Positions 11,895-25,519 of a stretch of DNA of 64,000 bases are shown here, in pieces; position 1 is the first letter of the stretch, and every line of letters begins with the position of its first letter. The translations under genes were made by a program, and so were the position numbers. Where the stretch lies: the NCBI RefSeq assembly GCF_004010195.1, contig NC_057722.1, positions 39,663,164-39,727,163 on the forward strand, written 5' to 3'. The DNA comes from Chiloscyllium plagiosum. Its lineage: Eukaryota. The notes below the pieces were generated by a model that saw only the letters and a program-made list of their open reading frames with translations, did no database searches and was not told the origin of the DNA.

Positions 11895-14105
11895 AAAGAA
11901 CAAAGAACCTTACAGCACAGGAACAGGCCCTTTGGCCCTCCAAGCCTGTACCGATCGAGATCCTCTATCTAAATCTTCCACCCATTTTCTAAGGATCTGT
12001 ATCCCTTTGCTCCCTGCCCATTCATGTATCTGTCTAGAAACCTCTTCAATGATGCTATCGATCCCGCCCATACCACCTCCACTGGCAGCGCATTCCAGTA
12101 CCCACCACCCACTGTGTGAAGAACTTTCCCCGTATATCTCCCCTAAACTTTTCCCCTCTCACTTTGAACTTGTGACCCCTAGTAATTGAGTCCTCTACTT
12201 TTTGGGAAAAGGTTTTTTGCTATCCACCCTGTCTATGCTTCTCATGATCTTGTAGGCCTCAATCAGGTCCCCCTTCAACCTCCTCCTTTCCAATGAAAAT
12301 GATCCTAATCTACTCAACCTATCCTCATAGCTAGCACCCTCCATACCTGGCAACATCCTGGTGAACCTCCTCTGTACCCTCTCCAAAGCATCCATATACT
12401 TTTGGTAATGTGGCGACCAAAACTGTACGCAGTATTCCAAATGTGGCCGAACTAAAGTCTTATACAACTATAACATGACCTACCAACTGTTGTACTTGAC
12501 ACCCCATCTGATGAAGAAAAGCATGCCATTTGTCGTCTTGACCAATCTACCAACTGTGTTGCCACCTTCAGGGAACAATGGACCTGAACACGCAGATCTC
12601 TCTGTGCATCAATTTTCCCCAGGACTTTTCCATTTACTGTATTTGCTCTTAAATTGCATCTTCCAAAATGCATCACCTCACATTTGTCCGGATTGAACTC
12701 CATCTGCCATTTCTCTGATCAACTCTCCAATCTATGTTCTGCAGTATTCTCTAACAATCCCCTTCACTATCTGCTACTCCACCAATCTTAGTGTCATCTG
12801 CAAACTTGCTAATGAGTCAAACAACACCTTCCTCCAAATCATTTATGTATATCACAAACAACAGTGGTCCCAGCATGTATCCCTGTGGGGCACCTCTGGT
12901 CACAGGTCTCCATTTTGAGAAGCTCCGTTCCACTACTACTATTTGTCTTCAATTGCCCAACCAGTTCTCTATCCATCTAGCTAGAACACCCTGGACCCCA
13001 TGCAACTTCACCTTCTTCATCAGCCTACTATGGGGAACTTTATCAAACGCCTTACTAAAGTCCATGTGTATGACATCAACATCCCTTCCCTCATCAATCA
13101 ACTTTGTCACCTCTTCAAAGAATTCTATTAGGTTTGTAAGATGTGACCTTCCCTGCATAAAACCATACTGCCTATCACTGATAAGGCGGACATGCGTACT
13201 GCAGATGCTGGAGATTAGAGTCAAGATTAGAGTGGTGCTGGAAAAGTACAGCAGGTTGGGCAGTAACCAAGGAGCAGAACTATCAACATTTCGGGCAGAA
13301 GCCTTTCATCAGGAATGAGCATTCTTGATGAAGGGCTTTTGCCCAAAACGTTGGTTTTTCTGCTCCTCAGATGATGCCTGACCTGCTGTGCTTTTCCAGC
13401 ACCATTCTAATCTATCACTGATAAGCCCATTTTCTTCCAAATGGGTATATATCCTATCCCTTAGTATCTTCTCCAGTAGCTTCCCTGCCACTGACGTCAG
13501 GCTCACAAGTCTATAATTACCTGGATTATCCCTGCTACCCTTCTTAAACAAGGGGGCAACATTAGCAATTCTCCAGTACTCTGGGACCTTCTCCGTGTTC
13601 AAGGATGCTGCAAAGGTATCTGTTAAAGCCCCAGCTATTTGTTCTCTCGCTTCCCTCAGTAACCTAGGATAGATCCCATCCGGACCTGGGGACCTGTCCA
13701 CCTTAATGCGTTTTAGAATGCACAACACTTGATCTCTCCTTATGCTGACTTGACCTAGAATAATTAAAGATCTATCCCTTACCTCAACATTTGCCGTCCC
13801 TCTCCTCAGTGAATACTGATACAAAGTACTCATTAAGAATCTCAATCATTTTCTTTGGCTCTATGCATATCTTTACTCCTTTGCCCTTGAGTGGGCGAAC
13901 CCTTTCCCTAGTTACCCTCTTGCTTATTACATATGAATAAAAGATTTTGGGGTTTTCCTTAACCCTGCTCGCTAAGGATATCTTATGCCCCCTTTTGGCC
14001 CTCTAATTCCTCGTTTCAGATTGGTCCTACATTGCTGATATTCTTCCAAGGCTTCATCTGTCTTCAGTCGCCTTATGTATGCATCCTTTTACCTCAGTTA
14101 GTCGA
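11895..14105 (-). mobile_element. CR1/HER1-like LINE (RT region to 3' end), interrupted at 13186-13411
   Basis: SPGPDGIYPRLLREARE, PGNYRLVSLTSVAGKLLEKIL, QYGFMQGRSHLTNLIEFFE, LVRPHLEYCVQFWSPH. Confidence 0.92.
13186..13411. mobile_element. Inverted pair of Penelope pLTR termini
   Basis: Two opposed pLTR copies meeting near 13320; 14-bp duplication ctatcactgataag (13172-13185, 13412-13425). Confidence 0.85.
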
Positions 14106-15098
14106 GATTAAGTAAAGTGGTGGGGAAAGTGTTTAAACCAGTGTGGTATGAGGGTAGGAAGTCTGTATTTGCAGCTATAGAAGGAGAAGCTTTTGCAATA
14201 GAAACAAATGGTCTTAACTGAAATAAATAATAAAAAATAATATCGAAGAAGAAAGGCAAATGAAGTCTTTGAGATATTGAGAGCTGAAAACATTGCATGA
14301 AAACGATAAGAAATATCAGGAAATTGATGTTTCTTGTGAGTAATCTAATCTAATCTGAAAGAGAGAAATAAGTAAAGATTAATTTTCATAACAAATAGTC
14401 ATGACTGAATGGCATACTTGTGATTTGAAAACAAAATTTGGAATTTAACAGAATCACAGAAGTATTATGATGCAGAAGGAGGCCATTTAGTTGATTGTGC
14501 TGCACCAGCTCATTAAATGGGCATCTATACTGCATGCCAATCTCCTGGTTTTGTTCCATACCCTTTCACATTATCTTTATCAAAATAATCATCCAATGCC
14601 CTCTTGAATGTCTCAATTGAACCTGACTCCACCACACGTTTAGGCAGTGCATTCCACACCTGAAGGACTCACTGAGAAAAGGTTTTCCTCACTTCACTCT
14701 TATTTCTTTTGCAGATTATTTGAAATTAGCACCTCAGTGTTCCTGTTCCTTTTTATGAGCAGGATCATTTTCTCCCCATCTGCTCTATTCAGTTGACTCA
14801 TGATTTTTCACTTCAGAACAATCCCAACCTCTTCAATCTATCCTTATAACAGAAGTTTTTCATCCCTAGAACCATTCTTGTAAACCTCTTCTGCACTGTC
14901 TTCAATGCATTTGCATTCTTCCTTTAATATGGCACCCACAAATGTACGCAATAGTCCTGCTGAGGTCCAACAAATGTCTTGTACAAGTTCAACATCATGA
15001 ATGTCTCCTCTTTGCTCTTGTACTCTATGCCTCTATTAATTAAGTTGAGGTTAGCATATGCTTTATTTACTGCTGTCTATCTGTCCTGTCACTTTTAT

Positions 15099-15720
15099 TG
15101 TTATGGACCGCACCACACCCCCTTCAAATATATCAAGGAACTGGCCGAGAGCCTAAATTTTATCTTATTTAAAGGCAAGTGGAAGGTACTGAGTTCTAGA
15201 TGGAATTCAGTTGGTTACACTACTAAGTTTTAAGCATGACACACTTTATTCTTGCCCTACAGTTAATATACAATCAAAAGAAACTTTAACTCTTGGGAAC
15301 CGTAACAGTATAATAAATTATTTAACTACTATACAGCAACAGTTCGAGTATCATAACATCTCATAAATACCCTTGTCAAAAGCAAAGTCAGTAAAACAGA
15401 TTTTCTCACATGGGATTCTGGCAGCAGTGAGAACTCCAGCTTTTTGTTGTGGCTGAGAGAGATGTAACTGCTTCCACAACCAGCTTCCAAACCCCAACAA
15501 CTATTGAAAGCTAAGGTAAAACTCTGGTTCTGTAGTGGTATGAGCCCAATCATTCATGCTCCATCTATTATTCCAACTTTCTAACAAAAAAATTCACAAG
15601 GCCTCACAAGCTGTTTACTTTATTGGCTTGGAGGTGACAGCTCAATACCCATAGCTCAAAACCTCTCTTTTAAACAAAAAATGGACAAGATGCACCTGTT
15701 AAAACCATAGAATCGTCTCA
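15099..15720. mobile_element. Solo-LTR-like insertion
   Basis: TGTTATG...CGTCTCA termini interrupting a CR1; no clear TSD. Confidence 0.5.
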
Positions 15721-15981
15721 GTTTACACGTACATACCCAGGTCCCTGGCTCCTGCAACAGGCCCCCCCCCCCCTTAGAATTGTACACCCGATTTTATATT
15801 GTTTTTCATTGCTCTTCCTCTTAAAATGCATCATGTCACACTCTATTGAAACATGTGCCACCAGTGTGCTCACTCCACGAACCTATCTGTCTCTGGAGTT
15901 CTATACTATCTCCCTCACAGTTTATGATTCTTCCAAGTTTTGTATCATCTCTGAACTTTTATATTGCCCCTTGTATGACTA

Positions 15982-16325
15982 GCATGATGGCTCAGTGGTT
16001 AGCACTGCTGCCTCACAGCGCCAAGGTTCTAGGTTCGATTCCAACCACAGGTGGCTCTGTGTGGAGTTTGCATGTTCTCCCTGTGTCTGCATGAGTTTCA
16101 TTCAGGTTCGCTGGTTTACTCTCACTGCCCAAAGCTGTGCCTTTTAGGTGAATTGGCCATTCTAAATTGCCCTGTAACATCCAGGAATGTTCAGATTAGG
16201 TAGGTTAGCCATGGTTACAGGAGTAGGGCTGGGGGGTGTGGTTCTGGGTCTGGATGGGATGTTCTTCAGAGGGTTGGTACAGACTCTGTGCCGAATGGAC
16301 TCTTTCCACACTTAGGATTCTATGA
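15982..16325 (+). mobile_element. HE1-like SINE
   Basis: tggctcagtggttagcactgctgcc, B box ggttcgattcc, core and tail. Confidence 0.85.
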
Positions 16326-16554
16326 TTTAGGGTTCCAATACAGACCCTGGGGGAACATTACAAACCTTCCTCCAGCCTGAAAATATCCATTGACTATTAC
16401 TCCCTGTTTACTATCACTCAACTAATTTGGAAGTCATAGCTCTGTAGAATTTCATGGATGAATTAGGGATGTTTTTGTTAAAGCTGTGGTATAGTTCTGG
16501 TAACATCTTTTGTCTCTGAGTTTAAAAAGTTGAAAATTCAAATGCTACCGTGAC

Positions 16555-16646
16555 TTGTGTGCTCCAGATGCTCACTGATGTTACCTAGTATGGTGATGAA
16601 ATGTCTGAAAACTAACCTTCCAGCTCAGCGAGCAAACCTACATCCA
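16555..16646 (+). mobile_element. Penelope pLTR fragment with degenerate hammerhead
   Basis: tcaCTGAtgttacctagtatggtgatGAAAtgtctga...ctcagcgagcaaacctacatc, homologous to 30877-30953. Confidence 0.75.
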
Positions 16647-16757
16647 AATGATTTCTTCCTTCATGCTTTGTAAACTCTGGGGAAGGTGAAAGCTGTAAGT
16701 GCTAGGCACCTTTTTGTTAGTAATCTCATGTCCAGTTATATTATTTTCTACTTGCAG

Positions 16758-16864
16758 CATCCCATAACAAGGTGGATTGTAAAATATCTTTATGACCCAC
16801 CTGAGAAGGGTTATGAGAAAATGATGGCCCTTATTTCTGTTGAAGCAGAGAAAGCAGACCTGAG
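16758..16864 (+). CDS. NDUFB5: NDUFB5 exon 5
   Basis: ttgcag | [35 protein letters not shown](R) | gtacgt. Confidence 0.97.
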
Positions 16865-17553
16865 GTACGTTGTAGCAAATCTAAATATATATAATAAAGT
16901 AATCCGAACAATGCCGTTAAAAGCTTTGTAGTTCAAAATGTATACTAAAATGGAAGTTGTCATGTGTAAAAGGATGTTGGTGTCACTTTGCTAAGCATCC
17001 ACCTTTATGGATCACAGACCTTTTCAAAGATGGGGCAAATGTAACTTTAAAAAATGACTAATGCTGACTGTTTGTAGAATTGAAAACAACTGGTACGGCT
17101 GAGGTCTCATTTACATCTCCTATGCTTATCAACTGTGATTTATTTAGCATAGCACATTGTCTTTCAGTTTGCATCTTTTATATTAGTTTAGGTGAGGAAA
17201 GATCATGAGTGAAAAAGTGCTATTATCAAGAGGCAGATTTATGAAATCCGGCTCATCAAAAGTTGTTATATACCAGATTGTTTTAACTCTTGGGTAATCC
17301 AAAAAAACAGCTAGTAGAAGTTATCCCAAAATAGGCTTGCATATCAGTTGCCGGTTGAGTAAAATTAATGTTGACAGAAGCCTCAAAGAAAACATTCTAC
17401 TAATAGGCTAGGTGAAAATATGATTCTGAAGATTGGGGATTAAAAATTATTGGCAGACTAGGAATGGATTACTATTTTTAGATATACTTTCTAGTTCCAG
17501 AATTGTTTCAACTGCTTGCATTGCTAATTTTAGTTTTGCTTCCTAAATTATAG

Positions 17554-17674
17554 GCTGAAACAACTTGAGGTTCGTCGTCTGATGAGGGAGCGAGGTGATG
17601 GTGCTTGGTATCAATATGAAACTCTGGACAAAAACTTGATCGATAATTCTCATAAATCAAACCCAGATTATTAG
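17554..17674 (+). CDS. NDUFB5: NDUFB5 exon 6 (to stop)
   Basis: tatag | (R)[39 protein letters not shown]; the six exons sum to 561 nt = 186 aa + stop. Confidence 0.97.
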
Positions 17675-17736
17675 GAAGACAAAGATTGCTGGGAAGTGCT
17701 AATTATTAACACAAAGAATGTGAAAACAAGTTCTTT

Positions 17737-17742
17737 AATAAA
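17737..17742 (+). terminator. NDUFB5 polyadenylation signal
   Basis: AATAAA ~60 nt after the stop, with GT/T-rich sequence downstream. Confidence 0.7.
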
Positions 17743-18019
17743 TTATATCATGTCAATATTCTTTTGACAGTGTCTTGTTTTAATTGAAATATTACTTTAA
17801 TCAAAGTTCTCATTTTTTAAAAATTGTACAATTCATAGACTATTAAGTCGTTGACATTCTCTCCTGCAGTTGTCTACGCAGTGAGTTCCTGGTTTTAGCT
17901 AGGTCATGAGTGATATATTTAATGATGAAGTGTTCTCTTGCAATGATAGGATAAATAAAAATGCTTTCTAAGATTTGCTTTTTTTTTTCCTCCTCTTAAT
18001 GATCATTTTAAGCATTTCC

Positions 18020-18620
18020 TGTCTTTATGGGGCATAAGTTAGAGTACTGCAAACATTTCTGGAATCCACTTTATAAAAATAATTGGCACTGGACAAGATG
18101 CAAAAAAAAAAATTGCTGAAGTTGTATCAGAACTACGAACTTAATCTAATTGGAAAGATTTAACAAGTTGGGCTTGTTAGAAAAGAGAAATCAAGGGATG
18201 ACTTGACAGATGTTGACATTATCAAAGGGTTTCATAGGATGAATGTAATAAAAATGTTTCCACTATGGACAAAATGAGAATTTGGAATCAAATATTAAAT
18301 AATCACTAAAACATATAGTAGGGATTTGTGAAACATCTCAGAACAAATCTACCAGCTCAGAGACCAAACTTACAACCTGATAAAATAGGGAATTCAGAAA
18401 AATGTACTTTATCCAAGGAGTGACTAAAATATGGAAATTGCTCTCTCATGGAGGAGTTGATGCCACTTGTAAAAATATATTTAAGGAGAAGCTAGATAAT
18501 CACATAAAGATAGGAAAATAAGGTTCTATGCAGTTAGATGAAGAAGGATGCGAGGAGGTTTGAATATAGCATGAACTTGTAGGAACAAATGAAAAATTTC
18601 TATGCTGTAAGTATTAAGGC
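18020..18620 (+). mobile_element. Old degenerate CR1 3' region
   Basis: CR1 C-terminal remnants (gagtactgcaaacatttctgg...; tttaaggagaagctagat); small pLTR piece at ~18325-18380. Confidence 0.55.
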
Positions 18621-20579
18621 AGTTCTATAAAGATCTGGAATAAAAGCTAGACTTTAATAAAAATTATCATGAAATTGTTGGATAATTGTAAAATCTCAAA
18701 GGATTATACTTGTGTAATTTTAATGGGGAAATTCCTACATCATGGTTTAGTATCTGTGACTCCACTTCCATGCCTGATTATTTCACATTTAACTCCATTC
18801 GAAGTAGCCCAACATCTCACTTGGTTGTGACAAATAACGATGGCGACTGGAAATATGGATTAAATGTTGGTTTCAATGAAGAATCTTTGAATTCAACATT
18901 AGCTCTTTCTCTCTTCACAAATGCTTCCTGACTACCTGCATTTCTCCAGCATTTTCTACTTTCATTTTGGATTTCCAGCATCAGCAGTATTTAGCTTTAA
19001 TTAAATGCTAGTCTTGATACTTACCCTTGAATCCAGAGAATGAGTTTTCTTCTAAATTGAGAAGGGACAGTAAGATGTGGAAGAAAATTTAGTAAATAGC
19101 TTATGAAAAATTGTGTGCTCAGTGCTGGTGTGCTGAATTCTTGAGTTCTTGTGGTAATTATATTGCAACTGGGGTCAATCTGTACTTAACAACAGATTTT
19201 GGAGAAGAAATTTACTGGGGTCTGCAATCATGATTGTCATTCGTCTGTCCCTGTGGACGTGATCAAACTGGGCAATGTCAAATTTTGCTAACTTGTTTAA
19301 TGTCTCCTATCTTCTACTGTATATTTCTCTTTTTCATTTTGTTTTTCTTACACACCCTCATTTCATTTCCTTAAAACCTAATATACTTTTAACATTTCCC
19401 ATTTCTGATAAAAGGTCATAATCTGAAAAGTTAGCTCTGTGTGTCTGCACACACATGCTGCCAGATCTATTGAGTACTTCCAGCATTTTCTGTTGTTATT
19501 TGATTTCTAGAATTCAGTGTTTTGCTTTTACATGTCAAATTAAATTTGATTCTATTGTTAGTAATGGGGTTTTACCAACTAGTTTTAATTTAGCTATCGA
19601 ATAAGATTAAACATGAAGAAAAACATTTTTTTTCAAATAATGGAATCCTTACATAAATGTTATCTCCAATTCTAAAGTCTTTACAAAATTATTTTGTATA
19701 TTATCAAAGCTGTATTTTTACTTGATCAATTTGTATTGTTTGTCCTCCAATATTCCATTAAATTTCCAATTAAATTTTTTATGTGTCTTTGGACATTTGT
19801 TTCAAAAGATTCAGAATAATGGAGACAAAGATATCCATCATGAATGTTTGCTACTTTCCAGTTGATTGTGTATTTTACTACCCCCTACTGTTATAGTTGC
19901 TATGCTACAAATACATAAGATATTTTTATTCCTTTGACAAGTTTATATTTATGACCAGTTGGAAACATAATGTGACCAGGGATTCTACAGCAATTTGATC
20001 AGAAATATAAGTTTGAAACCCAGAAATAATAAATTGCTGTAAATATCCTAGATTTTGGCCTCTCTGAAGCATTTTTATTTTAAAAGACAATCTCTGTAAA
20101 TTGGTGATTTTTTTTTCACTTTGCAATAGGCAATGCATATCATCCTGTCCAGTAGTTTATCAGAAGTAAAAGCTGATGTCTTTCATTGAGCCTGTTTTGC
20201 TGGCATAGTGGTTTTCTGTACATTCCTGATCATCACTGCCAATCAAATTGACTATTTTCAACTTAAGTGGATCTTTTTGACAACTTAAGAATGGGATGAA
20301 GAATGTGGCCATTATTTCTATTATTGTACTACTTATCTTGCACTGCTTCTTAGAAAGTTGCCGTGTGTAATCCGTTTTGTTTCTAATTTTCAGTTTTTAC
20401 TGCCATCTGAGAGTATTAATTTATAATATCCATAGCTTCATTCAATTTAAGAGAGCCCATATTTACATACTGGAAATATTACTGGACAAGATGCTCCAAT
20501 TAATGCTCTACATTCAGAAGTTCAAATGCAGAAATGTAAATTTAAGTAATAGCTGAATCTGGGAAACAAACCTTGTTCT

Positions 20580-22630
20580 CCGAAATGGTGAACATGAGAC
20601 TACCAGTTGTTGTGGAAAAAATAATTGGTCCACTGATATCCTTTTGGGAAAGAAATTTTCCATCTTTACCTGGCCTGGTTTATGTGACTCCAAATGCCCT
20701 CTGAAATGGCTGGAAAGTTACTCAATTGTATCAAATGGTAATAATGGTGTCAAATATGAATAAAATTTGGAGCACCTTGCATTGAGAGCGATGTTAGAAA
20801 TGACTATGGCACACCCTCCCCAGTCAACCCTGTAAAGTTGCCCTTGCTAAGATCAGGAGAGAAGTTCCAACATTTGGAGTGCTATCTCTAACTAGTCAAA
20901 CAACAGTTGATATAATACTGGGACATCGATCACCATCAATGGCTAGTATCGTATTGACTGAGCTAACTGAGACCTAAAGGGCATACCTACTAGATTGACT
21001 TGGACAAAAGCTTACTTGACCTAATTCTCATCAATCTAAATCTCATGGGTGAATCTGTCAACGATATTGTTGGTAAGCCCCATCTTCCTGTTGGTACTAC
21101 CAGCATTCTAAATAGGATAGATACAGAATAAATCTCGAGACTCAACAGGCATCTCTGAGATGGCAAGAGCTATCAGCAGCAGAATTTTATTCAGGGGCAA
21201 TTGGTAATCTTGTGGTTTAGCATATGCCCGACTCTACAACTACCATCAAGCAAGTGAACACTGGTTAAATGAAGAATTCAGGAAAACTTATCACCAACAA
21301 TAGAAGACATATTGAAAAATGAGGGGATAACTTCATTAGTATATAATGCAATTATATTTACTCCCAAATAGTGGAAGCAGCATGCCATGGCAGAGCAAAG
21401 TTATCCCACAGTTAAAAGTATCAGATTAAAATTCTGCAGTCCTGCCACATCAAGTTGTGAATGGTGGTGGAGAACTAAAAGATAGAGGAGCCATCACAGG
21501 CATCCACTTCCTCAATGATGGGGAAGACTGGCATGTGAGTGTGAAAGATAAGATTGAAGCATTAGCAACCATCTTTAGGTGATAAGTTGACAATCCAAGA
21601 ACAAATTGCTGGAAAAATTCAGCATTTCTGAGTTCAGAACCCAGAACTCTGAAAAACTGAACCTAAAACATTAACTCTGCTTTGTTTCTACAGATGCTGC
21701 CAGACCTGTAGTGTTTTTCCAGCACTACAGAGATGTACAGCATGGAAACAGACCCTTCAGTCCATACCGACCAGATATCCCAACCCAATCTAGTCTCACC
21801 TGCTCTGTTTTTGTTTCTGATTTCCAGCATCCACAGTTCTTTGGTTATTTGTTAAGTTGATGATCCACTTTGATATCCTGAGGACCCCACCAGTACACGA
21901 GCCAGTCTTCAATTAATCCAGTTCCCTTTACCTGATATCAAGAAATGACTAGATGTACAAAACGACTATAGGTCCCAAATACATTGTAGTACTGAAGGTT
22001 TGTGATCCACAACTAGTTGCACCTCCACCAGTTTGTTCTGGCACAAGTACATCATTGGTATCTGACCGGCAATGTGGAAAGTTGTGGAGGTATAGATTGT
22101 CCCCACTAAAAAGCAGTTTCGTGTAAATACTGCCCCAGTAGTTTATAATCAATTATCAGCAAATAATGGAAGATGTTGTTGACAGTGCTATCAACGGCTA
22201 CTTACTCAACTATTACATGGTCACTGTTGTTCAGTTTGGGTTCCAGTAGAGCCTCATGGCTCCAGATCCTATTACAACCCTAGTCCTTACATGGACAAAA
22301 AAGTTCAAATCCAAAGGTGAAGTGATAGTAATGCCTTTTGACGTTAAACCAGTGTTTGATCATAAGTAACATCAAGGAGCAACAGCAAATTTGACATCAG
22401 TGGAGACCAGGGAGAAAACCTTTGGTTAGAGACACTAGTACCGAGGTAGCCGATTTTTGTCATTATTTGGAGATCATCATTTCAGTTCCAGGATATTACC
22501 ATTGACCTCCCCAGGATAGTTTCAAAGTGAAATATTTTCAATTGCTCAATGATCTTCCCTCTAATATAAGGCCAGAAGTTGAGATGTTTGATAATGATTG
22601 CACAGTATTCAGTACCATTTCTGACATCTC
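20580..22630 (+). mobile_element. Old CR1/L2-type LINE (5'/RT part) with a nested Penelope/CR1 insert at ~21598-21852
   Basis: Degenerate RT motifs; same family at 27312-27890, 40380-40830 and 53380-54900; insert flanked by taagttga..atcca near-duplication. Confidence 0.65.
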
Positions 22631-22842
22631 AGATATTGAAGTTGATTTATGGATTTACCCCTGGATCAAAGTGTAATGTGAGGTCCACCTCCCCACTCGC
22701 AGTTGAAGCATGTCAAATGGTAGTTAGTAAACTATACTTACAAAGCTGCACTTTGCTTTATATTATTCCTTGTAGTGTAAACACATTCACACTGCTTATG
22801 CTACATAATTTTCCACAAGTGTTTGCAAAAAGCAATTGTAAT

Positions 22843-25519
22843 AGACAATAGGTGCAGGAGTAGGCCATTCTGCCCTTCGAGCCTGCACCACCATTCAATA
22901 TGATCATGGCTGATCATCCTTAATCAGTATCCTGTTCCTGCCTTATCTCCATAACTCTTGATTCCACTATCCTTGAGAGCTCTATCCAACTCTTTCTTAA
23001 ATGAATCCAGAGACTGGGCCTCCACTGCCCTCTGGGGCAGAGCATTCCACACAGCCACCACTCTCTGGGTGAAGAACTTTCTCCTCATCTCTGTCCTAAA
23101 TGGCCTACCCCGTATTTTTAAGCTTTGTCCTCTGGTTNNNNNNNNNNNNNNNNNNNNNNNNNNNNNNNNNNNNNNNNNNNNNNNNNNNNNNNNNNNNNNN
23201 NNNNNNNNNNNNNNNNNNNNNNNNNNNNNNNNNNNNNNNNNNNNNNNNNNNNNNNNNNNNNNNNNNNNNNNNNNNNNNNNNNNNNNNNNNNNNNNNNNNN
23301 NNNNNNNNNNNNNNNNNNNNNNNNNNNNNNNNNNNNNNNNNNNNNNNNNNNNNNNNNNNNNNNNNNNNNNNNNNNNNNNNNNNNNNNNNNNNNNNNNNNN
23401 NNNNNNNNNNNNNNNNNNNNNNNNNNNNNNNNNNNNNNNNNNNNNNNNNNNNNNNACCCTGTAATCTCCTAACATCCTCCTCACATTTCACCCTGCCACC
23501 CAGCTTAGTATCATAAGCAAATTTGCTAATGATATTACTAATACCATCTTCTATATCATTAATATATATTGTAAAAAGCTGCAGTCCTAGCACCAATCCC
23601 TGCGGTACCCCAATGGTCACTGCCTGCCATTCTGAAATGGAGCCGTTTATCACTACTCTTTGTTTCCTGTCAGCCAACCAACTTTCAATCCAAGTTAGTA
23701 CTTTGCCCCTAATACCATGCGCCCTAATTTTGCTCACTTACCTCCTATGTGGGACTTTATCAAAAGCTTTCTGTAAGTCCAGGTACACTACATCTACTGG
23801 ATCTCCCTCGGATGCTGCCTGAATTGCTGTGCTCTTCCAGCACCACTGATCCAGATACTGGATCTCCCTCGTCCATCTTTAGAGTTACATTATCAAAAAA
23901 TTCCAGAAGATTAGTCAAGCATGATTTCCCCTTCATAAATCCATGCTGACTCTGACCTATCCTGTTACTACTATCCAGATGTGTCATAATTTCATCCTTT
24001 ATAATAGACTCCAGCATCTTTCCCATCACTGAGGTCAGACTAACTGGTCTATAATTTCCTGCTTTCTGTCTCCCACCTTTCTTAAAAAGTGGTACAACAT
24101 TAGCCACCCTCCAATCCGCAGGAACTGATCCCAAATCTATCGAACTCTGGAAAATAATCATCCATGTTTTCTCGAGCCACCTCCTTCAGTACCCTGGGAT
24201 GTAGACCATCAGGCCCCAGGTCCATCAACCTTCAGATCTAACAGTCTCTCCAACACCAATTCCTGGCAAATATAAATTCCTTTAGTTCAGGTCCTTTAGC
24301 CACTGTTACCTCAGGGAGATTGCTTGTGTCTTCCCCAGTGAACACAGATCTGAAGTACCAATTCAATTCTTCTGCCATTTCTTTGTTCCCCGTAATATAT
24401 TCCCCTGTTTCTGTCTTCAAGGGCCCAATTTTAGTCTTAACCATTTTTTTGCCTTTCACATAGCTAAAAAAGCTTTTACTATCCTCCTTTATATTATTGG
24501 CCAGTTTACCTTCATACCTCATTTTTTCTCTGCGTATTTCCTTCATATTAATCCTTTGTTGTTCTTTAAAAGCTTTCCAGTCCTCCGTTTTCCCACTTAT
24601 CTTTGCTATGTTATACTTTTTCTCTTTCTCTAATCCAAATTAGACAGGCAGGAGGCTGGAAGAACACAAGAAACCAGGCACCCTGCGTGCTGTGTTCTTC
24701 CAGCCTCCTGCCTGTCTGTATTATATTTAATATCGTATAAAATAAGTACATCTTTACAAGACAAGTTAATGATATCATCACTGCATTATAGAAGTGACTT
24801 GAAGGTATAAAGATTTTAGACCCCATCTTACCCCAAGTGTCACTTGAAACATTGCAACTGGGTCATTCCTGAAGAAGGGCCTGTGCCCGAAACGTCGAAT
24901 CTCCTGTTCCCTGGATGCTGCCTGACCTGCTGTGCTGTTCCAGCAATAAAGTTTCAACTTTGATNNNNNNNNNNNNNNNNNNNNNNNNNNNNNNNNNNNN
25001 NNNNNNNNNNNNNNNNNNNNNNNNNNNNNNNNNNNNNNNNNNNNNNNNNNNNNNNNNNNNNNNNNNNNNNNNNNNNNNNNNNNNNNNNNNNNNNNNNNNN
25101 NNNNNNNNNNNNNNNNNNNNNNNNNNNNNNNNNNNNNNNNNNNNNNNTTTTTTCTCTGCATATTTCCTTCTTAGTAATCCTCTGTTGTTCTTTAAAAGCT
25201 TCCCAATCCTCCGTTTTCCCACTTATCTTTGCTATGTTATACTTTTTCTCTTTTAATTTTATATGTTTTTTAATTTCCCTCGTCAGCCATGGCTACCCAT
25301 GCCTCCTCCTAGGATCTTTCTTCTTTTTTGGAATGAAATGATCCTGCATCTTCTGCATTATACACAGAAATATCTGCCATTGTTCCTCCACTGTCATCCC
25401 TGCTAAGGTATTGCAGCATTGAACTTTGGCCAGCTCCTCCCTCATAGCTCCATAGTTCCCTTTTATCAACTGAAAATATTGTCACTTCTGATTGTACCCT
25501 CTCCCTCTCAAATTGCAGA
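22843..25519 (-). mobile_element. Young CR1 LINE spanning two gaps, with nested pLTR pieces
   Basis: Long ORF pieces (GNYRPVSLTSVMGKMLESII, GVPQGLVLG, SKFAYDTKL); 6-bp TSD tgtaat (22837-22842, 25520-25525). Confidence 0.9.
24865..24900 (+). ncRNA. Minimal type-I hammerhead ribozyme motif in a Penelope pLTR (best-preserved copy)
   Basis: attc-CTGAAGA-a-GGGC-ctgt-GCCC-GAA-ACGT-C^gaat: stem I attc/gaat, stem II GGGC/GCCC, palindromic ACGT stem III, GUC cleavage triplet. Confidence 0.8.

Larger units (their letters stand above)
14450..16420 (-). mobile_element. Old CR1 LINE fragment with nested LTR-like and SINE insertions
   Basis: CR1 3' tail and RT-like remnants on either side of the inserts. 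Confidence 0.6.
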
